DNA of 64,000 nucleotides from Gemmatimonadota bacterium. GTDB lineage: Bacteria > Gemmatimonadota > Gemmatimonadetes > Gemmatimonadales > GWC2-71-9. The position numbers were made by a program, and so were the translations under genes. The stretch's first letter is position 1. Each line of letters begins with the position of its first letter. Location: NCBI GenBank assembly GCA_039586365.1, contig JBDHKN010000005.1, forward strand, positions 1 to 64,000, read 5' to 3'. A model generated the notes under the pieces. The model made no database searches, was not told the origin of the DNA, and saw nothing but the letters and a program-made list of their open reading frames with translations. Below are positions 22,600 to 31,391 of this stretch, piece by piece.

Positions 22600-22606
22600 C
22601 TTGGGC

Positions 22607-22897
22607 ATGAAGGTGGTAGGCATCAGAGAACTGAAGAACCGCCTCAGTGAATACCTCAGGCTGGTCCGAAGCGGCGAGGACGTGCTAGTCACTGATCGCG
22701 GTGCGGTCGTGGCCGAGCTGCGGCCTCCAGGAGCAACTAGCGTGGAGATGCCATACCCCCGGCTGATCGAGTGGGATCGTGACGGTAAGGCACACATTGG
22801 TGCCACGAACCGGCCGGACCTCTACCCTGAGCTGCAGCCTATGCTTAAAGGTTGCACTGCGAACGAGCTGCTGTTGCAGGAAAGGGGAGAGCGCTGA
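22607..22897 (+). CDS. Phd/YefM family antitoxin
   Basis: MKVVGIRELKNRLSEYLRLVRSGEDVLVTDRGAVVAELRP. Confidence 0.9.
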   Translation: MKVVGIRELKNRLSEYLRLVRSGEDVLVTDRGAVVAELRPPGATSVEMPYPRLIEWDRDGKAHIGATNRPDLYPELQPMLKGCTANELLLQERGER

Positions 22898-23319
22898 ACG
22901 TCTACGCAGAATCCAGTGCCGTGCTCTCCTGGCTGCTGGGCGAAGACGAATCCGATGCGGTGCGGAGTGTTCTCGCCGGGGCCGAGTTGGTCTTGGCGTC
23001 CGACCTGACCCTGATCGAGTGCGAACGGGTCGTCATTCGCGCCATGGCCACGGGCGGGCTGAACGAAGCGCAGGCAGGAGACCGCAGGGCCATGCTGCGC
23101 CGTGTCTCGGAGCACTGGACGACGCTCGCGCTGGTAGAAGAAATTTCTGACAGAGCCCGCACACCGTTTCCGGAGGAACCGGTTCGCACTCTCGACGCCA
23201 TCCACCTCGCCACCGCAGTAGTGTCCCGCAAGCTCGTTCCGGAAATCAGGCTGCTATCACTCGATGAGCACATCCGGAGCTGCGGACGCGCGCTGGGCCT
23301 CGAGGTACTACCACTCTAG
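22894..23319 (+). CDS. PIN-domain (VapC-type) toxin
   Basis: NVYAESSAVL...LIECERV...RTLDAIHLATA...LSLD; coupled to the antitoxin stop; apparent CTG start. Confidence 0.85.
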   Translation: MNVYAESSAVLSWLLGEDESDAVRSVLAGAELVLASDLTLIECERVVIRAMATGGLNEAQAGDRRAMLRRVSEHWTTLALVEEISDRARTPFPEEPVRTLDAIHLATAVVSRKLVPEIRLLSLDEHIRSCGRALGLEVLPL

Positions 23320-23429
23320 CCACGGCTCCGCCCTCCCCACTTTCCCAAGAGCAACCCCGAACCAAGCTAGCTGCAGGCGGGCCCCTTGCTGCTGCTCGGC
23401 GGAGGATGCCGGCCTAGCGGCTCAACCGA

Positions 23430-24254
23430 TCACGGCTGGACCACAGTATTTCGCAGTACCCCCACCCCCTCGACTTCCACCTCAACCACATCGCCCGGAC
23501 TCATCGCCTGCGTGCTGCCCGGCGTGCCGGTGAAGATCACATCGCCCGGCATGAGCGTGACGTAGCGGCTCACGTAACTCACGATGGTCTCAATGTCAAA
23601 GATGAGGTCGCTCGAGCGTTCCGATTGTCTCACTTCGCCGTTCACCCGTGTCTGCACCAAAAGATCGTTGTGGTCGAGCCCCGTAGCGATGACCGGTCCC
23701 AACGGGCCAAACGTGTCCGACCCCTTGGCCCGCAACCATTGGAGGTCATCTCGTTGCCAGTCGCGTTCGCTCACGTCGTTGCCGGCCGTCACACCGAACA
23801 CGTACTCGGCCGCCTCTGATACCGGAACGTCTTTTGCCATCCTGCCCATGACTACCACCAACTCGCCTTCGTAGTGCAGGTTCGCTGCATCCGGCGGCAT
23901 CACGATGTCGGCTGCAGGACCGACAATCGACGTGGGGTACTTGGCGAATAGTCCGGGATACTCGGCAGGTTCCCGCTCACCCAGATGGCTCTGATAGTTG
24001 AGCCCGACAGCAACTACCTTGGATGGCTCGCACGGGGCCAGCAGCTCTACAGCCGACAGCTCCACAGTGCGCCCGGTCGCGCTGGGCGAAACAAACAGAT
24101 CACCTTCCAGTTCGCGAATTGTCTCGCCCTCCAGGATTCCGTACGACGTCTGACCCTCGTAGGAATACCGCACGTACTTCGTGACGCCCGCCTGGGCACA
24201 GGCGCTCTGAGCCATCAACGTCACAACCAACACGCCTAGCATCGTTCGCTTCAT
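23430..24254 (-). CDS. Fumarylacetoacetate hydrolase family protein with signal peptide
   Basis: KVVAVGLNY, HYEGEL, NDVSERDWQ, KGSDTFGPLGP, GDVIFTGTP. Confidence 0.9.
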   Translation of the reverse strand: MKRTMLGVLVVTLMAQSACAQAGVTKYVRYSYEGQTSYGILEGETIRELEGDLFVSPSATGRTVELSAVELLAPCEPSKVVAVGLNYQSHLGEREPAEYPGLFAKYPTSIVGPAADIVMPPDAANLHYEGELVVVMGRMAKDVPVSEAAEYVFGVTAGNDVSERDWQRDDLQWLRAKGSDTFGPLGPVIATGLDHNDLLVQTRVNGEVRQSERSSDLIFDIETIVSYVSRYVTLMPGDVIFTGTPGSTQAMSPGDVVEVEVEGVGVLRNTVVQP

Positions 24255-24310
24255 GATTTCACCGTTGGTCTAGTTCAATCCGCACCAATCCGCTCCCTAG
24301 CTGCGTTCTA

Positions 24311-25297
24311 TCAGCGGCCCGCCTGCTGAACTATGCGAGCGATCGTCGTGGAGTCAGCACTCAAGAGCCCTGCTCCAGGCAGCCGCCACAGCAACTCGAT
24401 CCAGCTCTCGTCCTGCGCGAACGAGCGGCGGAACAGTGGTATTGCCTCTGCGACGTGACCCATGTCGGCCAGCGTCACCGCCTGCCAATAGACCAGCTCA
24501 CCATTAGTGGCACTGTCCGGCAGGATCCGCGCAGCCCGGCCGTACGCAGCGATCGCCGAATCGATCTCTCCGGCTGTTACGAAATTGTCTCCATCGGTGG
24601 CAGCCTGATAGGCCCTGGCCACCGTTAACAGCCGAGCCAACTCAGCCAGCGGGTCGGGCGCATCTTCCACTCGCAGGTCGAAGACCTTCTGCCACGGCGG
24701 GTCACCGCGATCACCGCTCACGACTACCAGTGCCGCCGACTGTTTCCCCCGAATGTCTCCGCCGGCTGCCTCGGCCGCCTCGAGAGCTACGAGCATTCGA
24801 TCGGCCAGATCGCCGTCTGCGGTCTCGAACGCCTGTGACATCGCCGGCCAAATGCGGTCGTTCCGCATGAGATTGGCCTGCACCGAATAGCCCGCGCCGA
24901 CGTGGTGACCGGCGGCCGGGATGTCCCGCGAGCCCGTGTGCGCTGCGACACGCCCGTCAGCGTCGATCATCGCCACCTGGCGAACCTGACTGTCCGGGTC
25001 GGCTCGCAACAGAGCCGCCAACGCGTCGGGGGCCGGTGTACCCGTGCGCATCATGTAGAGCCCGCGCGGTCCGTAGCTGGGGTCCACAAACGACTGTGTG
25101 GCCACCGCCCCAACACCAGGCTCGGCCCATGTGACGATGCTCCCCACGCTGAACCAGTGCGACTGGACCGCCACACCTATCTCTCCGGTCACCGAATCCA
25201 CCGCGACAATCGAATAAGTGTGAACCGGCTGAGTGGGCCGTGGGCGCTGTGCCGCGAGTGGTGAAACAACAGCGAGACACAACAAGAGAAACCTCAT
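24311..25297 (-). CDS. DUF1028 (Ntn-hydrolase-like) protein with signal peptide and C-terminal TPR
   Basis: TYSIVAVD...GVAVQS...GAVATQS...GGDIRGKQSAAL...LRVED. Confidence 0.88.
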   Translation of the reverse strand: MRFLLLCLAVVSPLAAQRPRPTQPVHTYSIVAVDSVTGEIGVAVQSHWFSVGSIVTWAEPGVGAVATQSFVDPSYGPRGLYMMRTGTPAPDALAALLRADPDSQVRQVAMIDADGRVAAHTGSRDIPAAGHHVGAGYSVQANLMRNDRIWPAMSQAFETADGDLADRMLVALEAAEAAGGDIRGKQSAALVVVSGDRGDPPWQKVFDLRVEDAPDPLAELARLLTVARAYQAATDGDNFVTAGEIDSAIAAYGRAARILPDSATNGELVYWQAVTLADMGHVAEAIPLFRRSFAQDESWIELLWRLPGAGLLSADSTTIARIVQQAGR

Positions 25298-25353
25298 CTT
25301 CGGGACTCCTTGCTACTCGGTGAGTTGGAACGACCGCAGCCTGGGGATGAACG

Positions 25354-25383
25354 GAACCCCGCAGCCATGTGACTACGGGGTTC
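25354..25383 (-). terminator. Hairpin after the flotillin gene
   Basis: Minus strand GAACCCCGTAGTCA...TGGCTGCGGGGTTC stem; weak U tract. Confidence 0.55.
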
Positions 25384-25405
25384 GTGCACCGTTTGTTGCA
25401 ACACC

Positions 25406-26674
25406 CTACGACTCCTTGGTCGTCTTCTCGCCCAACCGGCTCAGGATGTTGACGCCCGTAGCCGTCTCGATCTGTTCCGTGATCTTGATGATTGCCTCCG
25501 GAAGCTGGCCGGCGGCCGTGGCGACGCCGGTGCCCTTACCACCGGAATCGATCACAGTCACCTTGCCGATGTCCATGTCGCCCACCGACTTGGTGATCTC
25601 CCGGATGATGTCAGGCAACATGTTCAGAATGAAGATGCGTTCCGCCTCAGTACCGGCGGTTTGATATAGCTTGATCGTCTCTTCCAGCACGAAGAGCCTG
25701 GATCGTCCGTCCTCGGCGATCGATGCTGCCGCTCCCTTAGCCCGTTGTTCCGCGGCCTCACGGTCCGCCTTGGCAGGAAGCAGTACGTCCGCCTCGAGAC
25801 GGCGTTGCTCCAGGGACACGCGTTCCTTTTGGAGTTCCTGCTCTGCCACCACACGCGCCTTCTCACCCGCCACTTTGGCCTCTGACTCCCGGGCCAACGC
25901 CTCACCTTCCAGTTCGGCTCGTCTGACCCGGAGCAGGTTGTTCTCCTCCGTGATCTTGAGATCGGCCTGAATGGCCGCTACCTGAGCTGCTTGACGCGAT
26001 GACGCTTCTATCTGTTCCGCCTCTGCGGCGCGTTTCGCCTCGGCAACTCTGGCCTGCATGAGGATCTCCGCCGTTTGCTGCCGGCCGATGGAGTCGAGGT
26101 AATTCACCTCGTCGGTCACATTCTGGATCTTCAGGGTATCCAGCTCGAGACCGAGCTTCTTGAGATCTTCGTCGGCTTCCTCGATCAGACGGTGGGCGAA
26201 CTTGAGGCGGTCCTCATTCACTTCCTCCGGCGTGAGCGTGGCCAGCACCCCGCGCAGGTTGCCCTCGAGTGTGTCCTTGGCAATGTGCATCATTTCCTGG
26301 AATGGCTTGTCCAACAAGCGTTCGACCGCATTGTGCGAGATCGGGTCACGGGCGCTCACCTTGACATTGGCTATGCCTTGCACGATGAGCGGTATTCCAC
26401 CCTTCGAGTACGCGTTGTGCACCATGACGTCGATTGGAATCGTTCGCAGATCGATGCGCGACACTCGCTCCACGATGGGAATTCTCAGAGTACGCCCACC
26501 GTGCAATAACCGATACCCCACCCGCTGGCCGTCGCTAGTGGTACGGGCCCTTCCGGTAACGACCACCAGCTCGTTGGGCAGACATATGACGATGAGGGAT
26601 CTCACCGCCCATATCAGCGTCCCGATCACTGCAAGACCGACGGCTCCAAGCACTACTCCGACGGATGGGTCCAT
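25406..26674 (-). CDS. Flotillin/SPFH domain protein
   Basis: N-terminal TM; AYSKGGIPLIVQGIANVKV; LEGNLRGVLATLTPEEVNEDR; AEA/EA-rich coiled coil. Confidence 0.9.
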   Translation of the reverse strand: MDPSVGVVLGAVGLAVIGTLIWAVRSLIVICLPNELVVVTGRARTTSDGQRVGYRLLHGGRTLRIPIVERVSRIDLRTIPIDVMVHNAYSKGGIPLIVQGIANVKVSARDPISHNAVERLLDKPFQEMMHIAKDTLEGNLRGVLATLTPEEVNEDRLKFAHRLIEEADEDLKKLGLELDTLKIQNVTDEVNYLDSIGRQQTAEILMQARVAEAKRAAEAEQIEASSRQAAQVAAIQADLKITEENNLLRVRRAELEGEALARESEAKVAGEKARVVAEQELQKERVSLEQRRLEADVLLPAKADREAAEQRAKGAAASIAEDGRSRLFVLEETIKLYQTAGTEAERIFILNMLPDIIREITKSVGDMDIGKVTVIDSGGKGTGVATAAGQLPEAIIKITEQIETATGVNILSRLGEKTTKES

Positions 26675-26681
26675 GGTACCC

Positions 26682-27326
26682 TCAGCTTTCCGGAGGTGGT
26701 AACTCCCGCGACTCAAACGGTATCACTTCTGCGACGGTATCGGAGACACGCAGAACCACGACTTCGCTCCCCGCAGCAATGGACTCCCCTGCGCCCTCCG
26801 CGAGCCGAGCGACCAGGTGCACCTCACGACCTCCCACTAGACACGCTATCCGACCGCGCTCTCCCGCTGTGAGGGGGAGCACGACACGACCGATGCATCC
26901 CTCCAGCTCAGTATCGCTCACTGCGTCCACCGCCGTGTCACTCCGCTTGAGCCAGAGGAACACGGAGTGGGTTAGCATCATTGCTACGAACCCCATGACC
27001 AGCGACGGTAGCAGGCTACCCGTCTCCGAAGCGGGGGTGATCAGTGTCAGTAGCGTGCCGGTGAGTCCGAACGCGGCGAGGAAGAAGATCAGGTTGCGCG
27101 GCCGGAACAGCCCGAGGAGTAGCTCGCCGGCGCCGCTATGTACGTCATGGCTCACATCGTGGTCGTGCCCGACATCGTGATCGAAATCGTGCCCGGTGTC
27201 AAAATCATGGCCGGCATCGAGACCAGACGCATCGGCATGCGAAGCGTCGTGGTCACCGCCGCCGAGCAGAGAAAAGAGCAACAGTCCGCCACCGATGATG
27301 GCTGCGAATAGATAGATACCCAACAT
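26682..27326 (-). CDS. NfeD-like (YqiJ-type) membrane protein with His/Asp-rich loop
   Basis: TM helices, GHDFD repeats, C-terminal OB-like domain (GCIGRVVLPL...GSEVVVL); operonic with flotillin. Confidence 0.8.
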   Translation of the reverse strand: MLGIYLFAAIIGGGLLLFSLLGGGDHDASHADASGLDAGHDFDTGHDFDHDVGHDHDVSHDVHSGAGELLLGLFRPRNLIFFLAAFGLTGTLLTLITPASETGSLLPSLVMGFVAMMLTHSVFLWLKRSDTAVDAVSDTELEGCIGRVVLPLTAGERGRIACLVGGREVHLVARLAEGAGESIAAGSEVVVLRVSDTVAEVIPFESRELPPPES

Positions 27327-27449
27327 GGGCGTTCAGCCCGCCTCTCGCGTACCTAGCGACTGGAATCTGCCCGCCGGTCCCGGGCGTCGCAAGCACCTGC
27401 CTGCGTTTTCCCGGGCGCCCTCCTCCCTCTCAGACGTAAACAAGCGCAC

Positions 27450-27475
27450 AAAAGGGCCGCCACGACGGCGGCCCC
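27450..27475 (-). terminator. Intrinsic terminator after the ACT-domain gene
   Basis: Minus strand GGGCCGCC-GTCGT-GGCGGCCC-TTTT. Confidence 0.75.
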
Positions 27476-27526
27476 GCTCATAGCTGATGGCTATTAGCTC
27501 ACAGCCGATAGCACCGACAGCTTTGT

Positions 27527-27943
27527 CTACTTCGCCTTCAGTACCCTCACCGCCCTGGCATAGGCCTTGGGGTTCACCCACAGGAGCATTCCGTATCTCC
27601 CCTTGCCTGCCGCTACGGCATCAGCCGCCGTCACGTTGATCTTTGCATCCGCAAGTTTGCCGATGTGTTTTTGCACCGCCCCCATTTGATCGGTGCCGGT
27701 GATCAAGAACCCCTTCTTGATCTTGCTCACTCTCCAACCGTTCGTCCTGGCAACCCGCTGGAAAGCTGTCATGTTCTCTGGAATGAAGTCGAGTTGAGCT
27801 TTGCCACCCTTGATTGGGAAGCCCGAATAGGCCAGGAGATTCACTCCTGCATCTTTGAGTTCGCTGAGGACTTTTTCACCTTGTCCTGGCCGATTCGACA
27901 CCGTCAGGTAGCAATAACTGATCTTCTTCACTCGATCCGCCAT
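27527..27943 (-). CDS. Tandem ACT-domain protein
   Basis: VSNRPGQGEKVLSELKDAGVNL and DQMGAVQKHIGKLADAKINV. Confidence 0.75.
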   Translation of the reverse strand: MADRVKKISYCYLTVSNRPGQGEKVLSELKDAGVNLLAYSGFPIKGGKAQLDFIPENMTAFQRVARTNGWRVSKIKKGFLITGTDQMGAVQKHIGKLADAKINVTAADAVAAGKGRYGMLLWVNPKAYARAVRVLKAK

Positions 27944-28026
27944 TTGAACCCCCTGTTAGAGAACGTGGCTTTCATTGCTCTGTTGGCAAGATACCCGCCT
28001 GTACGATCGACAGCGAGCCTTCGCTG

Positions 28027-28407
28027 TTAGTCGGGAGGATTAGTTTGAATCAGGGTCACCAAGCGACGGATCACATCGTTCGGAATAATCATCCTCGCGA
28101 TTGGTCGGATATCATGGACCGGAATGGCTCCACTGTCGCCAGTGATCGCGACGTGCGATTGGCCGAATGTCAGGTGGTAGTGCGACTCGACCTTGGCGAT
28201 CTGGACATGGTCTGCGAACCTTGGTTCCAAGACATCGCTGGTACCCCACACTGCCTGCGGCCGCGCCACCTTGCGCCGCTCCACCCGCAACATGTCGTCG
28301 GTGTCGAGTGAGTAGTACGCCTCATCCTCCTGACGACCAGACCGTGAAAGCGACTCGCCGGCGGATCTCTCGTCTCCCCCTAGGCCAGGGCTGCGATCAA
28401 CAGACAT
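28027..28407 (-). CDS. Hypothetical protein (possibly DUF3467-like)
   Basis: RFADHVQI...HLTFGQ...IARMIIP...LVTLI pattern; GAGGGG RBS. Confidence 0.5.
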   Translation of the reverse strand: MSVDRSPGLGGDERSAGESLSRSGRQEDEAYYSLDTDDMLRVERRKVARPQAVWGTSDVLEPRFADHVQIAKVESHYHLTFGQSHVAITGDSGAIPVHDIRPIARMIIPNDVIRRLVTLIQTNPPD

Positions 28408-28535
28408 CTATCCCCTCTCGTGTGAAGACTCCGAGCACAATTGACCAATCGATCGAGCAGCGCCCGAGGTTCTGCAGTATCCGCTGCAATCTAAGGTGCA
28501 GCCCGTTCGCGCTGCAAAGAGCACTAGCTTGCCTG

Positions 28536-29516
28536 CTATCTCTGCTGTACGCCTTTTACAGCTCCTTCGATGAGTCGATATGCAGCTCTGAGTGACAAAC
28601 CGTCCCTGTCTCTCTCCCCAGCAGGAGTCGACGCCACTCCGAACGCGGCAACCTTGTCGTACTTGAACATCTCTCTCACGGCCGCTGCGAGTTCGCTGCT
28701 GGTGGGCCCGTCAGCCACTGTCAGGGAATGCCCGGCCACCTCGGCGGGATCCAGCACATCCATGTCGACGTGAACGTAGATGATATCAGTGAGACGTGAT
28801 AACCGCTGCATCTTTGAGTGGAAGTTGTCGGACAGTGTGCGGATATCCTCCACCGTTAGCATCTCGATATCCGAGCGATCCATCAGTTCCTGTTCCAGCG
28901 GATCTGTGTCGCGCACGCCGACCATCACGATGTATTTGGTCGGCAGGGCCGGGTCGAGTCCCGACTTGAGGCGCAGGTTGGTCAGAGCAAGGCCGGCTGA
29001 AATCGCTACCGGCATACCCCCCAACATTCCGCTCAGCGTAGTCTCAGGAGTGTTGAAGTCTCCGTGCGCGTCGATCCACACCAGTCCCACCTTGAGCGGG
29101 CGCCGCGGGGGGCCCGAATACTGCAGCCCACCGAGCATCCCCATGAGCGAGCTACAGTTCGCCAGGAGACCAACCGGCAAGTATCCGTTCCGCACATTAG
29201 CGGCCACGATTGCGGCGAGGTGTCCGTTCGCCAAACCAAGTCGGTGCCACTCACCATAGTCGTCTTGTTCCTCGGATGTGAGCGCAACTAGCTCAACCGG
29301 CTTCAGTGTGGCACCCAACGCCTGTAGCCGGTCCACAAGGCCGCCTTGCTCCAGATAGTCCGGCGTCCCCGACAGCTCGGCTACGTTGCGGGCTCCCGTA
29401 TACGGCATCTTGACCAGGGCTACGTTCACTTTTCCTCCAGGGTCACTCACCTGCTGGGCTGAAACCATTGTGGGAACAACCAAAAGTATCGTACCCCACC
29501 TGCCGACCTTTCTCAT
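28536..29516 (-). CDS. Arginase/ureohydrolase family protein with signal peptide
   Basis: WIDAHGDFNTPETT.SG.LGGM and HVDMDVLDP metal motifs. Confidence 0.85.
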   Translation of the reverse strand: MRKVGRWGTILLVVPTMVSAQQVSDPGGKVNVALVKMPYTGARNVAELSGTPDYLEQGGLVDRLQALGATLKPVELVALTSEEQDDYGEWHRLGLANGHLAAIVAANVRNGYLPVGLLANCSSLMGMLGGLQYSGPPRRPLKVGLVWIDAHGDFNTPETTLSGMLGGMPVAISAGLALTNLRLKSGLDPALPTKYIVMVGVRDTDPLEQELMDRSDIEMLTVEDIRTLSDNFHSKMQRLSRLTDIIYVHVDMDVLDPAEVAGHSLTVADGPTSSELAAAVREMFKYDKVAAFGVASTPAGERDRDGLSLRAAYRLIEGAVKGVQQR

Positions 29517-29537
29517 GTGTCTACTCGCGATCTTGGA

Positions 29538-30380
29538 TTACCGTATTTGGAAAGTGAGCGTGGCCCACTTGCTCTCGTAGTCGATGCTGTCTTGTTGCAC
29601 TGGAACCATGGTGATGAACTCGACAAACCAGATTCCCGGTGCATCAATCGTTAGTACAGCTACTCCTTGCTCATCGGTCCGCACTCTGCGCTCATCGAAG
29701 GCGCCATCCGAACCCAATCCTCCAACTCTGACGAGTTGGTTTGCTACCGGGAGTTCGTCCACCAAACACTGCACCTGAAGTTCGGCACCGACCGACATCC
29801 TGTAGGGATTGATCAAGGGTATGATCTCTGCCGGGTAACCGAGCGCAATGAGGTATGTGGGCTCAGGCCGCCAGAACTGCCACCTGCGCTTTGGCTTGGC
29901 CAGCCGGTCGCCGACCTGAAACACCGCCTTCACGTGCTTGGAGTAACGTTCCCGCACGTCCGTCTCCAGCTCACCACGCTGTCTTCGCTGCTCCAACACG
30001 TCGGGGATGCCATCGTGCTCCAGGTACTCGTTGAACTCGGCTCCGGTTAGGTCCAGCTCTCTGGGATACGTGGACGCTCCTACGACATACGTGCCAGCGT
30101 CATCTGTCGTGAGCGACAGAAAAGTGGTGTCTCCCTCCGCGAGCCATGCCGTGGTGTCGATGCGCTCGCGTCCCTGCGGAGTGACCACACTGATGTCGGG
30201 CACCCGGTCGCGCGAGATCGAGTTCGCGCTCGAGTCTATGGTGCCGTTCAGTACCGGTATCCTCACGTCTGTGTGCGGAGCCACGAAGTAGCTGTCGAGC
30301 TTGATGAACAGGTCGTGCGCATATAGCAGGGACGACGCACCAATCAGGACAAGGGAGATCACCACAAGTCGAGGTTTCAT
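29538..30380 (-). CDS. DUF4198 domain periplasmic protein
   Basis: Signal peptide then AHDLFI; FNEYLEHDG; ERYSKHVK; EIIPLINPY; TDEQG; ATLTF; GGAGGA RBS. Confidence 0.8.
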   Translation of the reverse strand: MKPRLVVISLVLIGASSLLYAHDLFIKLDSYFVAPHTDVRIPVLNGTIDSSANSISRDRVPDISVVTPQGRERIDTTAWLAEGDTTFLSLTTDDAGTYVVGASTYPRELDLTGAEFNEYLEHDGIPDVLEQRRQRGELETDVRERYSKHVKAVFQVGDRLAKPKRRWQFWRPEPTYLIALGYPAEIIPLINPYRMSVGAELQVQCLVDELPVANQLVRVGGLGSDGAFDERRVRTDEQGVAVLTIDAPGIWFVEFITMVPVQQDSIDYESKWATLTFQIR

Positions 30381-30532
30381 GCTTCCTCCAGTCTTCGGTG
30401 TTCGGGGAACGTACAAAATATACTCGGCACGACACTGCGCGAACGGACGCCTCATATTGCCTCACCAGCAATTGCCCTGCGCCCCACTGCTAGTTTGATT
30501 TGGGAATCATCCAGCTTTCTGAGAGGCTCTAC

Positions 30533-31186
30533 ATGAAGAGGATCATCTGCGTTGTTGGATTGGCGGTCACCATAGCTGCATTGCCGGCCCACGCCCAGGT
30601 TGGTGTTGCCGCTCACGTCGGCACAATGGGTCTGGGGGCCGATGTTGCGGTTTCGCTCACCCCGCGGGTTTCGCTCAGGGGTGGAGCCAACTTTGTGCCG
30701 TACACACCGGAGTTCACAGCTGACGACATAGACTACGAGTTCAACTTCCCTTCGCCACAGTTCACCGCGCTGGTAGACCTGTTCCTCACTGGAGGGCTGC
30801 GGCTCAGCGGAGGGCTGCGGATAGCGCCTGACGATCTCTCCGCAAGCGGCCAGCTTGCAGGGCCCGAGGAGATCGGAGGCGTCATCTACACTCCGTCCGA
30901 AGTCGGCATTCTCACGGGAACCATCGTGACGCAGAAGGTCTCCCCGTACCTCGGCATCGGGTTCGGCAACGTTGCGCTGAGTCGGGTCGGTTTCTTCGCT
31001 GACCTCGGGATCGCACTCCACGGGTCACCTGAGGTCACTCTCACGGCGAGGGAGGGGTCGTTGGCCAGCGATCCGACGTTCCAAAGCGACCTGAACCGAG
31101 AAGCTCAGAGCTTCGAGGACGACATCGATTGGTACAAGTTCTATCCGGTGTTGTCGTTTGGGATCTCGTTCGCGCTCAAACAGTAG
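30533..31186 (+). CDS. Outer-membrane beta-barrel-like protein
   Basis: Signal peptide (AHA-Q), GTMGLG, PYLGIGFG, YPVLSFGISF C-terminal strand. Confidence 0.7.
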   Translation: MKRIICVVGLAVTIAALPAHAQVGVAAHVGTMGLGADVAVSLTPRVSLRGGANFVPYTPEFTADDIDYEFNFPSPQFTALVDLFLTGGLRLSGGLRIAPDDLSASGQLAGPEEIGGVIYTPSEVGILTGTIVTQKVSPYLGIGFGNVALSRVGFFADLGIALHGSPEVTLTAREGSLASDPTFQSDLNREAQSFEDDIDWYKFYPVLSFGISFALKQ

Positions 31187-31194
31187 GCGCCCGT

Positions 31195-31391
31195 GCGCGG
31201 CTCCTGACGGCCTTGGATCACACTCGTCCACGGTAGTTATTGTGGCATTTATGGCAGACGCCCCGGGGTCTCTCTAGCCTCCCCGGGGCACCCATTGCTG
31301 TTCCCTGCTCTCAGCTCCCTGCTCTCAGCTCCCTGCTGACAGCTCCCCGCTCCCCGCTCTCTGCTCTCTGCTCTCTGCTCCCCGCTCTCCC
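31195..31391. repeat. Dispersed element copy 1: conserved core, CCCCGGGG hairpin and GCTCnnn heptamer array
   Basis: Aligns by eye to 33754-33908 in direct orientation. Confidence 0.8.
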
